A stretch of 64,000 nt of DNA from Octopus vulgaris (lineage: Eukaryota), in NCBI GenBank assembly GCA_951406725.2, contig OX597829.1:42594001-42658000 (forward strand), in the 5' to 3' direction. Below, piece by piece: positions 1-14,957 of the stretch (position 1 is the first letter of the stretch; every line of letters starts with the position of its first letter). The position numbers and the translations under genes are program-made. Below the pieces are notes generated by a model. That model was not told where the DNA came from. It was given only the letters and a program-made list of their open reading frames with translations, and did no database searches.

Positions 1-144
1 GTATATATTGATATAGACACACAGATATCTTCATATAGATGTACGCGTGTGGTGGGGTCCGTGTGTGTACGCACACACGACTGCACATGCAAGCGTACGC
101 CCATACATATTTTTGATATATTTTTCGATCCTATCAGTTCATAG

Positions 145-180
<36 letters not shown>

Positions 181-629
181 GCATTTAGCCAATAATATGT
201 AAGTGTACATATACACGCATACACACACACGCAAAGCAAACAAATATGGGTGCTAGCCTTGTGTCATGACATGCGTGGACCTTTTCTAGCGCACGTGTCG
301 TAGTGTGTATGTAACGACAATCACACCGTTTTTATATTTGCACGTTTGTACTTCCGTACATTATCTTCCTTATCGGGTTCAGAAATGTGCACGCATGTGC
401 TGGTTTCGGAGATTTCTATGGAATAATGTCGGTAGGTTGGATTGATTTGGGATAAAAAGCGGTACGAGCGGGCGGGCGTTGGTTGGTGTTGTAGCAGTTA
501 AGATTTTATATGCCATTTGCACGGGGAGTATATGTGAAGTGTGGAGTGGGAAAAATAGATAAGCACTCTGCATGCAAGGAATGACCATTATGGTGATCGA
601 CGACTTTTCTCCTGTTTGCTTTTGAACGG

Positions 630-940
630 CCATGGCATTAGTGACCCCTCCCTCCTCCTCCCTGCTCCCAGTTAAGAAAGGATCAATGGATCCGTTTTTG
701 CTTGAAGTTTGTCCCAGACTTAGTTGCAGCTGACATTAATAGTGTGCAAGACAAGGTCGAGGAAATTCCTGATCACTGGGTATGCACAAGCACCAGGTGA
801 TTCCAGTTCTAGTTTAACCTATCATCTTTGCGTCTTGTCAAACCTTTGACCCTCTGTTCATGTGTTACTGTCCAGGTCAGTTTGAGAAATGAAATTCTTG
901 CGATCACATAAAGTTGAGGGTCAACAGCAACAACAATAAT
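630..940 (+). mobile_element. Possible old retroposon 3' fragment ending in a (CAA)n/(TAA)n tail
   Basis: A GC-richer block ends ...ataaagttgagggtcaacagcaacaacaataa and runs into triplet microsatellites, as retroposon tails do. No diagnostic protein motif. Confidence 0.3.
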
Positions 941-966
941 TACAATAATTATGATGATGATGATAA

Positions 967-1025
<59 letters not shown>

Positions 1026-1050
1026 ATAATAATAATAATAATAATAGTAA
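935..1050. repeat. Compound (TGA)n/(TAG)n/(TAA)n microsatellite
   Basis: Directly visible. Confidence 0.95.
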
Positions 1051-1265
1051 TGACCCTTTCTACTAAAGGCACACGGCCTGAGATTGGAGTGGGAAACTAG
1101 TCGATTGCATCGACTTTTTGTGTTTCACTGGCACTTAATTTATCGTCGCCATTATGATGAAAGACAAAGTCGACTTCAGCGGAATTTGAACTGAGAACAA
1201 TCGACTAGCAAATTACAAGTATGCATTTAGTGCAGCGTGCTTACAATTCTGCTAGCTCACCTCCT
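1050..1265 (-). mobile_element. SINE family B, degenerate copy
   Basis: Reverse complement of the 54386-54617 copy (gcggaatttgaact, caaagtcgac, gctagctcacctcctt). Confidence 0.8.
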
Positions 1266-1275
1266 TAATAAAAAT

Positions 1276-1276
1276 T

Positions 1277-1326
<50 letters not shown>

Positions 1327-1339
1327 AATGATAATGATG

Positions 1340-1382
<43 letters not shown>

Positions 1383-1418
1383 TGATGATGATGATAATAA
1401 TAATAATAATAATAATGA

Positions 1419-1480
<62 letters not shown>

Positions 1481-1516
1481 TGATGATGATGATAATAATA
1501 ATAATAATAATAATGA

Positions 1517-1599
<83 letters not shown>

Positions 1600-1620
1600 T
1601 AATAATAATAAGATAATAAT
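1276..1620. repeat. (TGA)n/(TAA)n microsatellite
   Basis: Directly visible. Confidence 0.97.
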
Positions 1621-2630
1621 ACAGTTCTTTCCAGAAGGAAGAGTGGGAGAAGTCCGTTCAGTTGCCAGGATTGTAGCGAAACCGAGGAAAAGAGCTTAAG
1701 CTGGTATGTAAAAGATTCCGTAGAAACACTGTTGAAACATATGAAAAAGTCCAGTGTCATCAAAATTGATAAGTATGTAAAGAATGAGAAAGTTAAAGAG
1801 GATAAGAAAAAGCATAGGGGAAAGAAATGTATGGTCAGTTTGCAAGAGATACGAACGTCAAGCCAGATGTAGAAGGCCAATGGCTATGGATGAGGAGGAG
1901 TGACCAGAAGATAGAGCCAGAAGCGCTCATATGCGCAGCTTAAGAACAAGCGTTAAGGACTAACTATGTGAAGTGTAGAATCGATAACACTACCGACAGT
2001 GACAAATACAGGATATGTGGTGAGAAAGGTGAAATGGTATGGGATATCGAATGCTGGAAATTGGCACAACGCGAATACAAAAGACGGCGTGGCAATGTGG
2101 AAATCACGGCTTACAAAGAGCAAACGCGTGTCATGAGAAAACCCCAGGACGGGTTACCGAGAATAAGAATTGCAAAATCCTGTGGGATGTAATGATTCAG
2201 TGCGATCACCTTACCAGGGTTCGGAAACCGGACGTTGTTGTGATGATTAAAAAAGAAAGAAAATGCATGATAATTGATATAGAATATCCCAGTGACAACA
2301 GGACCACAGAAAAAGAAGAAAAACTGACCACTACGACGATTTGAAGTGGGAAATACGAAGGTTGTGGTGTATGAGGAGAGTAGACGTGATACCAATAATA
2401 ATTGGTGCACTTGGAGGAGCCAGCACTCGACTACCAGCATAGCTGAAATGATTGGCAAAAGTGTGAAGGTAGAACACCTACAAAAATCAGCATTACTTGG
2501 AACTACAAGAATTCTTCGCAGGGTTCTTGAGACATGGCCAGTAAAGAAGTGTCACCTTAGTCTGCTGGGTGTGGACAGCAGACACTTTCCACCAAACCCA
2601 GCAAAATAAATCGACATGTTTCATCAAATA
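1621..2630 (+). mobile_element. R4/Dong-clade RLE non-LTR retrotransposon, 5'-truncated and frameshifted 3' end
   Basis: Peptides EALICAA.EQALRTNYVKCRID..DK.RICGEKGE (zinc knuckle region), KILWDVMIQCD..RKPDVVV..CMIIDI (PD..D restriction-like endonuclease), VIPIIIGALG and LQKSALLGTTRILRRVL; a TAA-rich tail follows. Confidence 0.88.
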
Positions 2631-3834
2631 ATAATGATAACGGTAACGATGACGATGATGATGATAACGATGACGACAATGACAACGAGAGAAATAAATA
2701 ATTCATAGATAGACTCCCCCATAGCAGAGCAGTCCACTTAGGGGAAATCAGGTAAACCCTACACAAAAATCCCGTTTTGCTCTGCCATCCCCAAAGCACG
2801 GAAAATGCCATCTTCCGATTACTTTCCTCTTACTTAGAAAACCAAGTACATAGACTCATTTAGTTTCACCAGTCTTGCCACTCATGTCCACGTTTTGATA
2901 AACAGACAAGAAGACAGCATCTACTCTTCCTCCTCCCTTTCCCCTTCAAATGATATTTGAAGTAATTGATGAGAGCTATAATCTATATATAATCGAAGCG
3001 GTGGAGCCTATATCTTTCCACAGAAATGAGGTTTTCCTAGCTGTGCTCATTCTTGTAGTACATGGTAATACTCAGTGAAGGCAGTTTGAAAGCACATAGA
3101 TTCGAGTCAGCTTGGAAGCAGGATTACCTGTACAACGATCTCAGGTCACTCGATACAGATGTGGTGGCTAGAATTTCCGGGCCACGAGTTGCTGGCTTCT
3201 CGAAGTTTGTGAAAATGGGTGCGGAGTAGTGGTGTTGCTTCCAGAAGGGCTGGATCTTGGTATGCGTACTTTCTTCCTCGACAAATATAGTAAGTCAGTG
3301 GTACTGTATGTGATCAGCTGCGTAGGTCATACTTTCGTACAATTAGTCGTCTGAACTTTCCAACAAGTGTCCTGTACTTTTGTGTTAGTGTGTGATTGTA
3401 ATGTAACGGCATCTTGGATGCTCATAGAGACGGTATGGGCCACTTGACAAGGGAGAGGGATGCAAAAACTTCACAAACCTGCTTAAACTTTTCCCCACCA
3501 ATCTGACAAGTTTTAAATAAATTTCCCAGCTGTGACAATGTAAACATGAGCTAAACTACATCGAGTCATCCAGATCGAATTTATATAGAGTATTCTATGG
3601 GTCAGTAGATAAGGATAGCATACGTTGTCTACATTTTAAAATCGTCGGGTAATAGAGCACAAACCTCATGTTAAGCTTACAGAGTCATGATTAGCGAATT
3701 AGTTAAGCGTACCATGACGAAAGCAACCGTCAAAAACTGATGATGGATTGCCCTGAAAAGAGTGATTAGAACAGAGTCGATAAGTTTTAATAAGCATGTA
3801 ATGGTAGCGAAAAAGTGCAAAGGAACACGAGTCA

Positions 3835-4245
3835 GCGCAGGAGTGGCTGTGTGGTAAGTAGCTTGCTAACAAACCACATGGTTCCGGGTTCAGTCCCACT
3901 GCGTGGCATCTTGGGCAAGTGTCTTCTGCTATAGCCCCGGGCCGACCAATGCCTTGTGAGTGGATTTGGTAGACGGAAACTGAAAGAAGCCTGTCGTATA
4001 TATGTATATATATATATGTGTTTGTGTGTCTGTGTTTGTTCCCCTAGCATTGCTTGACAACCGATGCTGGTGTGTTTACGTCCCCGTCACTTAGCGGTTC
4101 GGCAAAAAAGAGACCGATAGAATAAGTACTGGGCTTACAAAGAATAAGTCCCGGGGTCGAGTTGCTCGATTAAAGGCGGTGCTCCAGCATGGCCGCAGTC
4201 AAATGACTGAAACAAGTAAAAGAGAAAAGAGAAAAAGAGAGAGAG
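3835..4245 (+). mobile_element. SINE family A, full length
   Basis: A-box-like tggctgtgtggt, B-box-like gggttcagtccc, CORE-like cttgggcaagtgtc, internal (TA)n/(TG)n and a (GAGAAAA)n tail; many near-identical copies in the window. Confidence 0.93.
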
Positions 4246-4607
4246 TGATAGACGAAAAAATTATGTTTTCAGAGATATGTGTTTGAAAAAAAATGGTAAG
4301 TCTAAACTATTTTAGATCAGCTATAATTAGATACATGATGCCTGAGTAAAAGACAGAATGGCATTTTGCTTAGGTATTATATATTTACCGCTATTATTTA
4401 GAATTTTATCGCTTGTCATGTATCACTGTTAACTCCTGAAAAATCTACTCCTGCAGGAGCCTAATCCATGTTAGGGCCTGACCCACCAAATCTAAGTTAT
4501 AATCTAAGTAATTTAATCTCCTAACACATGACACGTAGTATGTTCGGAGAAGTGGACTAAATTGTCTTTTCTATACTTCATTTTTTAAATTTTATTTAAG
4601 ATAGTGA

Positions 4608-5006
4608 GTGGAGGCGCAATGGCCCAGTGGTTAGGGCAGCGGACTTGCGGTCGTAGGATCGCGGTTTCGATTCCCAGACCGGGCGTTGTGAGTGTTTATT
4701 GAGCGAAAACACCTAAAAGCTCCACGAGGCTCCGGCAGGGGATGGTGGTGATCCCTGCTGTACTCTTTCACCACAACTTTCTCTCACTCTTACTTCCTGT
4801 TTCTGTTGTACCTGTATTTCAAAGGGCCGGCCTTGTCACTCTCTGTGTCACGCTGAATATCCCCGAGAATTACGTTAAGGGTACACGTGTCTGTGGAGTG
4901 CTCAGCCACTTACACGTTAATTTCACGAGCAGGCTGTTCCGTTGTTTCGGATCAACCGGAACCCTCGTCGTCGGAACCGACGGAGTGCTTCCACCACCAC
5001 CACCAA
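4608..5006 (+). mobile_element. tRNA-derived SINE family C with TSD
   Basis: tRNA-like head (tggcccagtggttagggca...ggtttcgattccc), (CCA)n tail and a 10-bp TSD aagatagtga at 4598-4607 and 5007-5016. Confidence 0.92.
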
Positions 5007-6556
5007 AAGATAGTGAAATGTTATTTGAAAGATAACTGGCTGCTGCTTCGAGCAACTTGAGGGGCCATTAATGGCGGAATTTATTATGCTGTTGCCGCTG
5101 TTAATGTTTTCACTGACAGCATGTGTTCTTGATCGATCCAAATATTTCTCATGATTTCCAGACATTGTTAGTTCAACGAGATATATTATCCGGTTTCCAT
5201 GGCTACTAAGTCACCGTTTGGTAATCTTAATCCAGTGATGGCTGTGTTGAAAATCGAAATTCGAACGAGATGGCATTAGAAAGGGGAATATAAAAGAGGC
5301 GAGGGTTTTACAGATAAGATTGAGAGAGAGAGATGGTAGTAGTGGTGGTAGTGATGGTGGTGGTGGTGGGGTGAGAAAAATTTATGTGTATAAAGGGAAG
5401 ACAGTTATAAGTTTAGGTAAGGCCCAGTTGTAAGACAAGGCTATAAGTGAAACGCACACCACACACTACGCTATAAACACACACACGCAAGCACTCACAC
5501 ATCCACACACAAACACACACACATACACACTCACAAACACTCAAACACACACACATATATATATATATACAAATGCATGTGTTTAAATGAGAGAGACAGG
5601 GAGTAAAAGGTGCGGAGAAAATATAAATAAAGGAAAATTTGCAAAGACCTCAATTTAAGTATCTGTTAAAAAAACCTAATTAAGAATGATCGGCGGCATG
5701 GAATGCGGAGAGAGAGAAAGAGAGCGGGGGGGGGGGGTAGGATGAAGGAAGAAAGGAGGGGGCGGAAAGGCAGAGAATGAAAGAGAGATCCTAGAATGAA
5801 TGAGAAAATCAAAGAATGAAAGTAGAAAAAAAAATTAGTAATAATTAAGATTGTCAATGTTCAATGATTTCTAAAGAATACAGTCTATCATTTTTGCTTT
5901 TACTGGTTTCGCGTCTATTTATTCTCTTCGAAGGAAAAAAAAAATGAAAATGAAAATAAAAAATAAAATAAAAAAAGATCTGCAAAACCGAGAATCATTC
6001 TACCATCCCAGAGAGAAAGTACCATATTTTAATTGATAGTAATAACTATATTTCATAAATGGTTTCAATGGAGTTTTGTATAAGAAAACAGAAAATGGCG
6101 AATAGTAAACAAGAGTATATAAAAGGACGCTAATGATACCTTACAGAGATTCCATTCGCTTCTGTAGTTTCTGTGAGTTTTGTAAATACAAATTTTGCAT
6201 AGAATTTATCTTTGAGAGAAGCTGTAGATGTATGTCATTAATTCCACAAATTTAGAAACGAAAAGATGGAAAAATAACAAAATCAAGAAAACCAGCAGCA
6301 ACAACAACAACAACGATGAAAGCATTAAGGTCGGGCTGTCTGATAATGGCAGTATTTTCACATGGTGTGTGTCTGGTTGAAAGACGCATGTCCAACGAAC
6401 GGCGCAATTGGAATTACCACTATGGGAATACGGAAATCACTGGAATAAATGACGGCCTTCGAAGAAAAATGAAAAACAAAAAAAAAATGTTACATGGAAA
6501 GGGGAAATAACAAATGCATGTGAAAATTATACATATATACATATATATCTATGTGT

Positions 6557-6615
<59 letters not shown>

Positions 6616-6618
<3 letters not shown>

Positions 6619-7020
6619 GGAGTGGCTGTGTGGTAAGTAGCTTGCTAACGAACCACATGGTTCCGGGTTCAGTCCCACTGCGTGGCATCTTGGGCAAATG
6701 TCTTCTGCTATAGCCCCGGGTCGACCAATGCCTTGTGAGTGGATTTGGTAGACGGAAACTGAAAGAAGCCTGTCGTATATATGTATATATATATATATAA
6801 GTATGTGTGTCTGTGTTTGTCCCCCTAGCATTGCTTGACAACCGATGCTGGTGTGTTTACGTCCCCGTCACTTAGCGGTTCGGCAAAAGAGACCGATAAA
6901 ATAAGTACTGGGCTTACAAAAAGAATAAGTCCCGGGGTCGAGTTGCTCGACTAAAGGCGGTGCTCCAGCATGGCCGCAGTCAAATGACTGAAACAAGTAA
7001 AAGAGTAAAAGAAAGAGTAA
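6616..7020 (+). mobile_element. SINE family A, full length
   Basis: Near-identical to 3835-4245; flanked by (TA)n. Confidence 0.93.
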
Positions 7021-7035
7021 TATCATATATTTATC

Positions 7036-7128
<93 letters not shown>

Positions 7129-7915
7129 ATGTATATATTCGTTTGTGCAGATGAATATGCGTATATATTCGTAACAAATAAACACACATATACACACACA
7201 CAAACATTTATACGCAAAGAACAATACAATGCGCCTAGAAGATTCTTGTTGATATTTGTACCAATAAAAATACGACACTGTATTACACAACAATAAATCG
7301 CGTTACAGAATATCATCCTTCGATTATGGGCATCGAAGTATCTTATACATAAATCAAATGAACCTGAATTTTTATCGCATTGCAATACACTGCAATATTT
7401 TGTAGTTTACAATACAGTATTCAAAACAGATATTCAAAAACTTCTGTACAAGAAGAAGACCACTATGTTATTTTATCACATCACATAATATATAATACCA
7501 GAAAAAAATACTAGTATTATATATTACTAGATAAAAAAATTTAATACTATTTAATAATAGATATGATATTATATATATATAAAAAAAAATCAAAGATGTC
7601 GTTCGTATAGAATATCAATAGTGAAATCAGTGTATTTACGTATTTTCATTTATTGCAAGGGAAAATTATATGTTCAATTTGAAATTCGCATGCTGTGGCA
7701 AAAATAAATTTTTGCTAGACCTGTAGTTGTTACTGTTCTTATTGTTGCTTTCGTTCAGTCAAAGATAGCCTCAATGGAGTAGATCTATATTAAAAGCATT
7801 CCCATTATGGTTGTCACTTCCGTTTCAGGAATATTGTGCACCAGACTACATTACTTAATATGACCTCTTTTTAAAAAAGATGTTTAAAGAACTGCTTTGG
7901 AGGAAATTTTTGATG

Positions 7916-8425
7916 CTAAATTTCATTATCTGGCATCTAAATTTCTCTATCACGTATAAATTTTGTGTAACCGAAAACCCCTATTTTTCATTTTTTTCTC
8001 ACCTGCTTCTATTACGAAAGCCGACAAAGCTACTTTTCCGTGCTACGTTTTGTGTTAAGCATACTTAAATAATCAGTGAACAGAGATGTCTTACTTCCTT
8101 TTTCTGGTTTAATATAGATGCCGGTGTAACCACCCCTGCACCCAGCCATTCTTCCAAAACGTGTTAGTATTTTGTTGTTACTACCGAAAGACAACTTCAT
8201 TTTCTTAAGTGAGATTTTGGTGTTTCATCTTCCTTCATTGCTTGTAGGATGACGATCTCTCCTGCAGGAACCGACAATACAAAAATAACCTCCCATCATA
8301 TTTGGCTTGGAATTACCTTGGTATCTGTTTTCCATAACTGAGAACAATTGGTAGAAGTGCTCACCATGCTCGTTGCTCACAGCCTTAAGGTTGGCTGGAA
8401 AGAAGTCAAGATGAGATTTAAAAGG
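7916..8425 (-). mobile_element. Chapaev3-like (CMC) DNA transposon 3' fragment
   Basis: Minus strand reads SHLDFFPANLKAVSNEHGEHFYQ..MENRYQGNSKPNMM; colinear with 16735-17200. Confidence 0.75.
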
Positions 8426-8984
8426 ATAGCCTATATGGAGTAGAGTTGTATGAAAAGCATTCCTATCATGGCTGTCACGTCCTTTCGTTTCAGGAATAAT
8501 GTGTACCAGAATACATAATTTAATATGGCCTCTTTTAAAAAGATGATTAGAACTGCTTTGGAGGAAATTTAGTTGGTATTTCTAACAGGTCAAACGCCTA
8601 AATAAAGAGGCCCTCGATATGTCACTGCAGTCGATTTTAGTCTTCATCTTTTCAGGGTTAATAAAATAATTACCAGGTGTGAATGCAAGTAATTACATCG
8701 TGTGTTCATTTTACGAAAATATGCCGATAAATTTTATATTATATATTTTTCTTAGAATCATCATACTGAAGAAGATCCTGGTGATATCTTTGAGGAGTAC
8801 GCTGGAGCTTGACATGGAATTTTCCGGGGAAATATGAAGATGTAGTTTACTCTTAACAATGAACTTTTCTCTTGACAAAGTATGACAGACATGATTAGGA
8901 ATGTAACGGAACAAATATGACAAAATATTTCTGTTCCACTCGATGCTCTGACATTGCTTTCAATCCTGAAATAATACCTCATTT

Positions 8985-9440
8985 TATCGAAACTGAAGGA
9001 TAAAATTCAAAGTTAACCTCTCTGGAAATTGAAAGTTCAGTAACAAATAGCGCAAAGCATTTAGGCCAACCTTCTGATAATTCTACTAATCGACTGGTAC
9101 TTTAGATTGGTGCTTTGTTTTACGATTCTCAGAAGGCCGAAAGACAATTGGTAGGATTTGAAGCTAGAACGTAAGAAACAACTACAAATATCGTTATGCT
9201 TCACAAACTTCTATCAATAAATCGGCCTGGATAAATACTCTGTTTTATTTACACAAGAACGATAAGCAAGTTTCATATTGGCAGGAACTGAACTCAGAAT
9301 GGAAAGAGCCGGAACATATCCAGAAAAGCATTTTGACGAGGTCTATCAATTACGTCAAACCATTACTTTGGATGGGAACTTTATCAATCTTAGAGTGCTG
9401 AAAAATAAATTTGGCATCCATAGGATTTAAGTTCGAGTAT
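8985..9440 (-). repeat. Decayed tandem array of SINE B fragments
   Basis: Three to four recurrences of tttatcga..gaagg..aaag..ggaatttgaactcagaa-like motifs at roughly 120-140 bp spacing. Confidence 0.5.
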
Positions 9441-9504
9441 ATAATTTTACATTATTTACACTATTTACATTTGACGGATATTTGTCCTCATCTTGTTTGT
9501 TATT

Positions 9505-9550
9505 AACACAACGTTTCGGTTGATATACCCTCCAGCCTTCATCAGGTGTC
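9505..9550 (-). ncRNA. Minimal type I hammerhead ribozyme motif
   Basis: gacac CUGAUGA a ggcug-gagggUauau-caacc GAAAC GUU guguu: stem I gacac/guguu, stem II with one mismatch, palindromic ACGU stem III. Confidence 0.75.
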
Positions 9551-9605
9551 TTGGGGAAATTTCGAACCTGGGTTCTCATTCCAAAGGTATTTTCCGATGT
9601 TGTTG

Positions 9606-9717
<112 letters not shown>

Positions 9718-9724
9718 CATTGTC

Positions 9725-10069
9725 ATTTACTTTTAATCTGCATGTTTGATGCAATCACCTGCCGGGGCACACCCAGCACCCTAGGGCAAGTGAAAGTTAA
9801 GAGTTGTTGAAATATAGCTGAAAGCTTGGGGAGGGGAAGTAGAGATATATCTCCATGTAATGCAAACACAGACATTTACATTGATAGGGTTTTTCTAAGG
9901 ATGTGGGCAGTACTTGTTAGCACAATCTTTTGGATTTCCTTGAGACATGGTTTTCCAGGGATATTGTCTAGGTGTTTCTGACATCCCTTTTTTATCATAC
10001 CTAGGGCACCTACAATAACAGGAACAGTTTTTGTTTTAAGATTCCACATCCTCTGTATTTCGATTTCCA
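9725..10069 (-). mobile_element. R4/Dong-clade LINE extreme 3' fragment
   Basis: EIQRMWNLKTKTVPVIVGALGMI...IQKIVLTSTAHILRKTLSM* followed by a short 3' UTR; (TTA)n on both sides. Confidence 0.87.
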
Positions 10070-10134
<65 letters not shown>

Positions 10135-10806
10135 TCACTGCCTGGAATCGAACTCGGAATCTTGGGCATATGACGAAACGTTGTGTTAACAACAAACAAG
10201 AAGAGGACAAATATCCCTCAAATGTAAATAATGTAAATAATGTACATAATTCCTTATCTCTTGAATATAGAACTGTATTAGAGAATTTTGTCTAAAATAA
10301 AAAATAGCCTGGAACGTTTAGTCCGGTACTATAAGAATTCTCTTAATTAAGAACCATATCTGCTCATTTATAATTATTCATATGCCTTAATGCTAATCAA
10401 TTCCAATCTTAAAAACACGAATCCAAAGGGATGTTTTCCAGCATCTTCGAGTTGTACGCTATTCTATTTACTAAGTGGTAGCAAGGTGAGTAAATTTAGA
10501 AGTTAATGTGAAATGATGTTATACATACGGAGGTAACAATATTACACGAAAGCAGCAAAGCAGTTGTATGGTAAAAAAAACTACAAAACCGAAGGTAGCC
10601 TACTGAGGTTCAATACGCAACATGTAATCCAAAGGAAACACTAGGGGACCACCACACGCGCGCACACAACACACACTTACACACACGAATATATTTACGC
10701 ATATATATACATATGTATATAAATTGTATATATTTACGCATATATATCTACATATGTATATAAATGCTTATATACACAATCCTCCACCCCAACACATATT
10801 CATTTA

Positions 10807-11230
10807 CGTAGGAGTGGCTGTGTAGTAAGTAGCTTGTTTACCAACCACATGGTTCGGGTTCAGTCCTACTGCATGGCACCTTGGGCATAGTGTTTTCTAC
10901 TATAGCCTCGGGTCGACCAAAGCCTTGTGAGTGGACTTTGGTAGACGGAAACTGAAAGCCCGTCGTATATATGTATACGTATATATATATGGATGTGTGT
11001 GTATATGTTTGTGTGTCTGTGTTTGTTCCTCCAACATCGCTTGACAACCGATGCTGGTGTGTTTACGTCCCCGTCACTTAGCGGTTCGGCAACAGAGACC
11101 GATAGAATAAGTACTGGGCTTACAAAGAATAAGTCCCGCCGGGGTCGATTTGCTCGACTAAAGGCGGTGCTCCAGCATGGCCACAGTCAAATGACTGAAA
11201 CAAGTAAAAGAGTAAAAGAGTAAAGAGTAA
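10807..11230 (+). mobile_element. SINE family A, full length
   Basis: Colinear with other copies; (GAGTAAA)n tail. Confidence 0.92.
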
Positions 11231-11887
11231 TATATGTAAAAATATCCAGGCATATATATTTGCATACACATACTTTATATCATATACGTATATATGTATA
11301 TATGTATGTATATATATGCATGTGTGTATATGTGTGTGTGGTGCGCACGTATGTGAGGGTGCATGTGTTGAGTGCTTGTGTCATTAAGTGAGGTTAGTTT
11401 AAGCTTTAGTAAACCTGAGAGAGTAAAACGTGTTATTTTATCTTGGGAATTACTAATCATATGTTTTTCAGATATTTACATGTCATTTACGAGATCTAAT
11501 AAAGTAAATAGGTGAAAACTTTACTCTGGAGACTCCAGTTTTTTTACATGATACAAGTAAATTTTCATGAATATACATGGACGAAACGGTGCTAAGTAGT
11601 AGAAGTCATCGTTAATTAGTTTCGGTGTATGTTGTTCATTTGCTATACCCAATGGTAAAGGTATGATTAAAAGTCAGTTTGTGCGTATATGTAAAATAGA
11701 TTTATTATTTTTTTTTTTTAAGTGAAGAAGAAAATGTACACAAATTAGTTTTAATATTTTACATATTGGTACAAAAAATGTTAAACTTTTGAATGGAAGA
11801 GAAAAAGAAATTACGAACAATCTAATAGTGACGTGATATACATTTGTGTGTATGTGTGTATGAGATTTTATACACACATACCTATAC

Positions 11888-11953
<66 letters not shown>

Positions 11954-11964
11954 CATATATATAT

Positions 11965-12118
11965 GATAGTTTTATGCAGTTCCAGTCTACCAAATTCAAT
12001 CGAAAGACATTAGTCAGCCCGGGTTATAACACAAGAGAATTACCCAAGATGCTGCACAATCACTGAATGTTAAGCGAGGTTGCGAAGATAACATATTCAC
12101 CACAAAGCCATGCCTAAG
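11965..12118 (-). mobile_element. SINE family A, decayed 5' half
   Basis: cagttccagtctaccaaattc...cccaagatgctgcac...caccacaaagccatgcct. Confidence 0.7.
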
Positions 12119-12188
12119 CAATATATTCATACACACACACAAACACATACAGTTATTCACATTCATACACATTCACGCACACACGTAT

Positions 12189-12224
<36 letters not shown>

Positions 12225-12476
12225 AAATACATTTATACGAATGTATACATATATGTACATGTACATGTGTGTGCACGTATATATGAGTGTGTGTATACAA
12301 ATAATCACACACACATATGTCTACATACATATGTATAAATACACGCACCCACACACATATATATATAAAGACAAACTTAAATAAACTTCGATTTGTTTCG
12401 ACCTAAAATTGGTGCAGGCCATGTCTAACTTAAAATACTTATGATACTTATGTATATATATATATATATATATATA

Positions 12477-12555
12477 CTTTATTTAAAGCAGCAGAAAATT
12501 CAACAAAACCTGTTATCTGAGTTTCCCGTTGCCGTTCATCGGACAGTTTTTGCTA
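12477..12555 (-). mobile_element. PLE-type terminal fragment with degenerate hammerhead, embedded in (TA)n
   Basis: Minus strand cugu CCGAUGA acg gcaa cgg GAAAC ucagaUA acag; the same terminus tactttatttaaagcagcagaaaattcaa recurs at about 30238-30266. Confidence 0.55.
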
Positions 12556-12840
12556 TATATATACACACACACATAGATACGTTTATGAATTTTTGTTAAA
12601 ACATATTGTTATATTGCAGGAGGGTCATTTTCTTTTTGCCAAATTAACACATGCACTGTATATATTCATTCTTCACTTGTGTATTATTGCTCTTATTTTG
12701 TTTTATGGCCATTGTTTGGAAATCTTTCGTCACACATCTGTGGCCTCTTCAGTGACCCTTTTCAATGAAATAATAAACGAATGAAGAACGAATATATAGT
12801 GTGCATGTGTTTAGTTGGTGAAAAAAATGACCCTCCCGAA

Positions 12841-14055
<1,215 letters not shown>

Positions 14056-14535
14056 TTATATGTATATGTATTAGTCATTGGACGTATATGTGTCTTTACA
14101 CAAATACACACATATATAGCGTGATAGATGAGTGAACACTTATGAATTTGTACACCGACCGGTTTAAACTGAAGTGAGGCGTAATCCTTGAAAATGGTCA
14201 ATAACTAATTAACTATGCTTATAGTATTAATACTTAGCGATGCAAACTGATTAATACGAATCAGTTAAGCAGCTGAAAAATAATTAGAAATAAAAAGGAA
14301 TATAAAGGAAAAGAAAATGATAAGAATCACATGAAACTCATACATGTAACAAATATGCATCCGTGAGACATGTCCTAATTTTATAAAAACGAATTTTACA
14401 ACTTGTCTTATAATCCAGTTTCAGCCATTGTAATGAGGTCCAGGTTTGAGAGATGAAGCAGAATTATAAAAAGGACTTTGGAGTCTGCACAATCAAATTT
14501 GTATTTAAAAAAAACAAAAAAAACTATATAGACAA

Positions 14536-14957
14536 GGCGTAGTGTGGTAAGTAGTTTGCTTACGAACCACATGGTTCCGGGTTCAGTCCCACTGCGTGGC
14601 ACCTTGGGCAAGTGTCTTCTACTATAGCCTCGGGCCGGCCAAAGCCTTGTGAGTGGATTTGGTAGACGGAAACTAAAAAGAAGCCCGTCGTATATATGTA
14701 TATATATATATATATATATATGCATGTGTGTGTATATGTTTGTGTGTCTGTGTTTGTCCCCCCAACATCGCTTAACAACCGATGCTGGTGTGTCTACGTC
14801 CCCGCCACTTAGCGGTTCGGCAAAAGAGACCGATAGAATAAGTACTGGGCTTACAAAGTATAAGTTCCGGGGTCGATTTGATCGACTAAAGGCGGTGCTC
14901 CAGCATGGCCGCAGTCAAATGACTGAAACAAGTAAAAGAGTAAAGAGTAAAAGAGAG
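14536..14957 (+). mobile_element. SINE family A with TSD
   Basis: 13-bp duplication tatatagacaagg at 14525-14537 and 14958-14970. Confidence 0.93.

Noticed and set aside
2700-3760. Moderately GC-rich unique-looking sequence
   Set aside because: No convincing reading frame, splice pattern or transposon motif could be identified; possibly very old TE debris.
3832-4050. Recurrent peptide [29 protein letters not shown] seen in many ORFs
   Set aside because: Antisense translation of SINE A; it recurs because the SINE is repeated.
4610-4685. tRNA-like sequence
   Set aside because: It is the head of a TSD-flanked SINE and lacks a proper acceptor stem; the same applies to 53290-53365.
11448-11560. 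Branch-point-like tactaat plus tttttcag acceptor
   Set aside because: All frames stop within about 45 nt and there is no strong donor; insufficient support.
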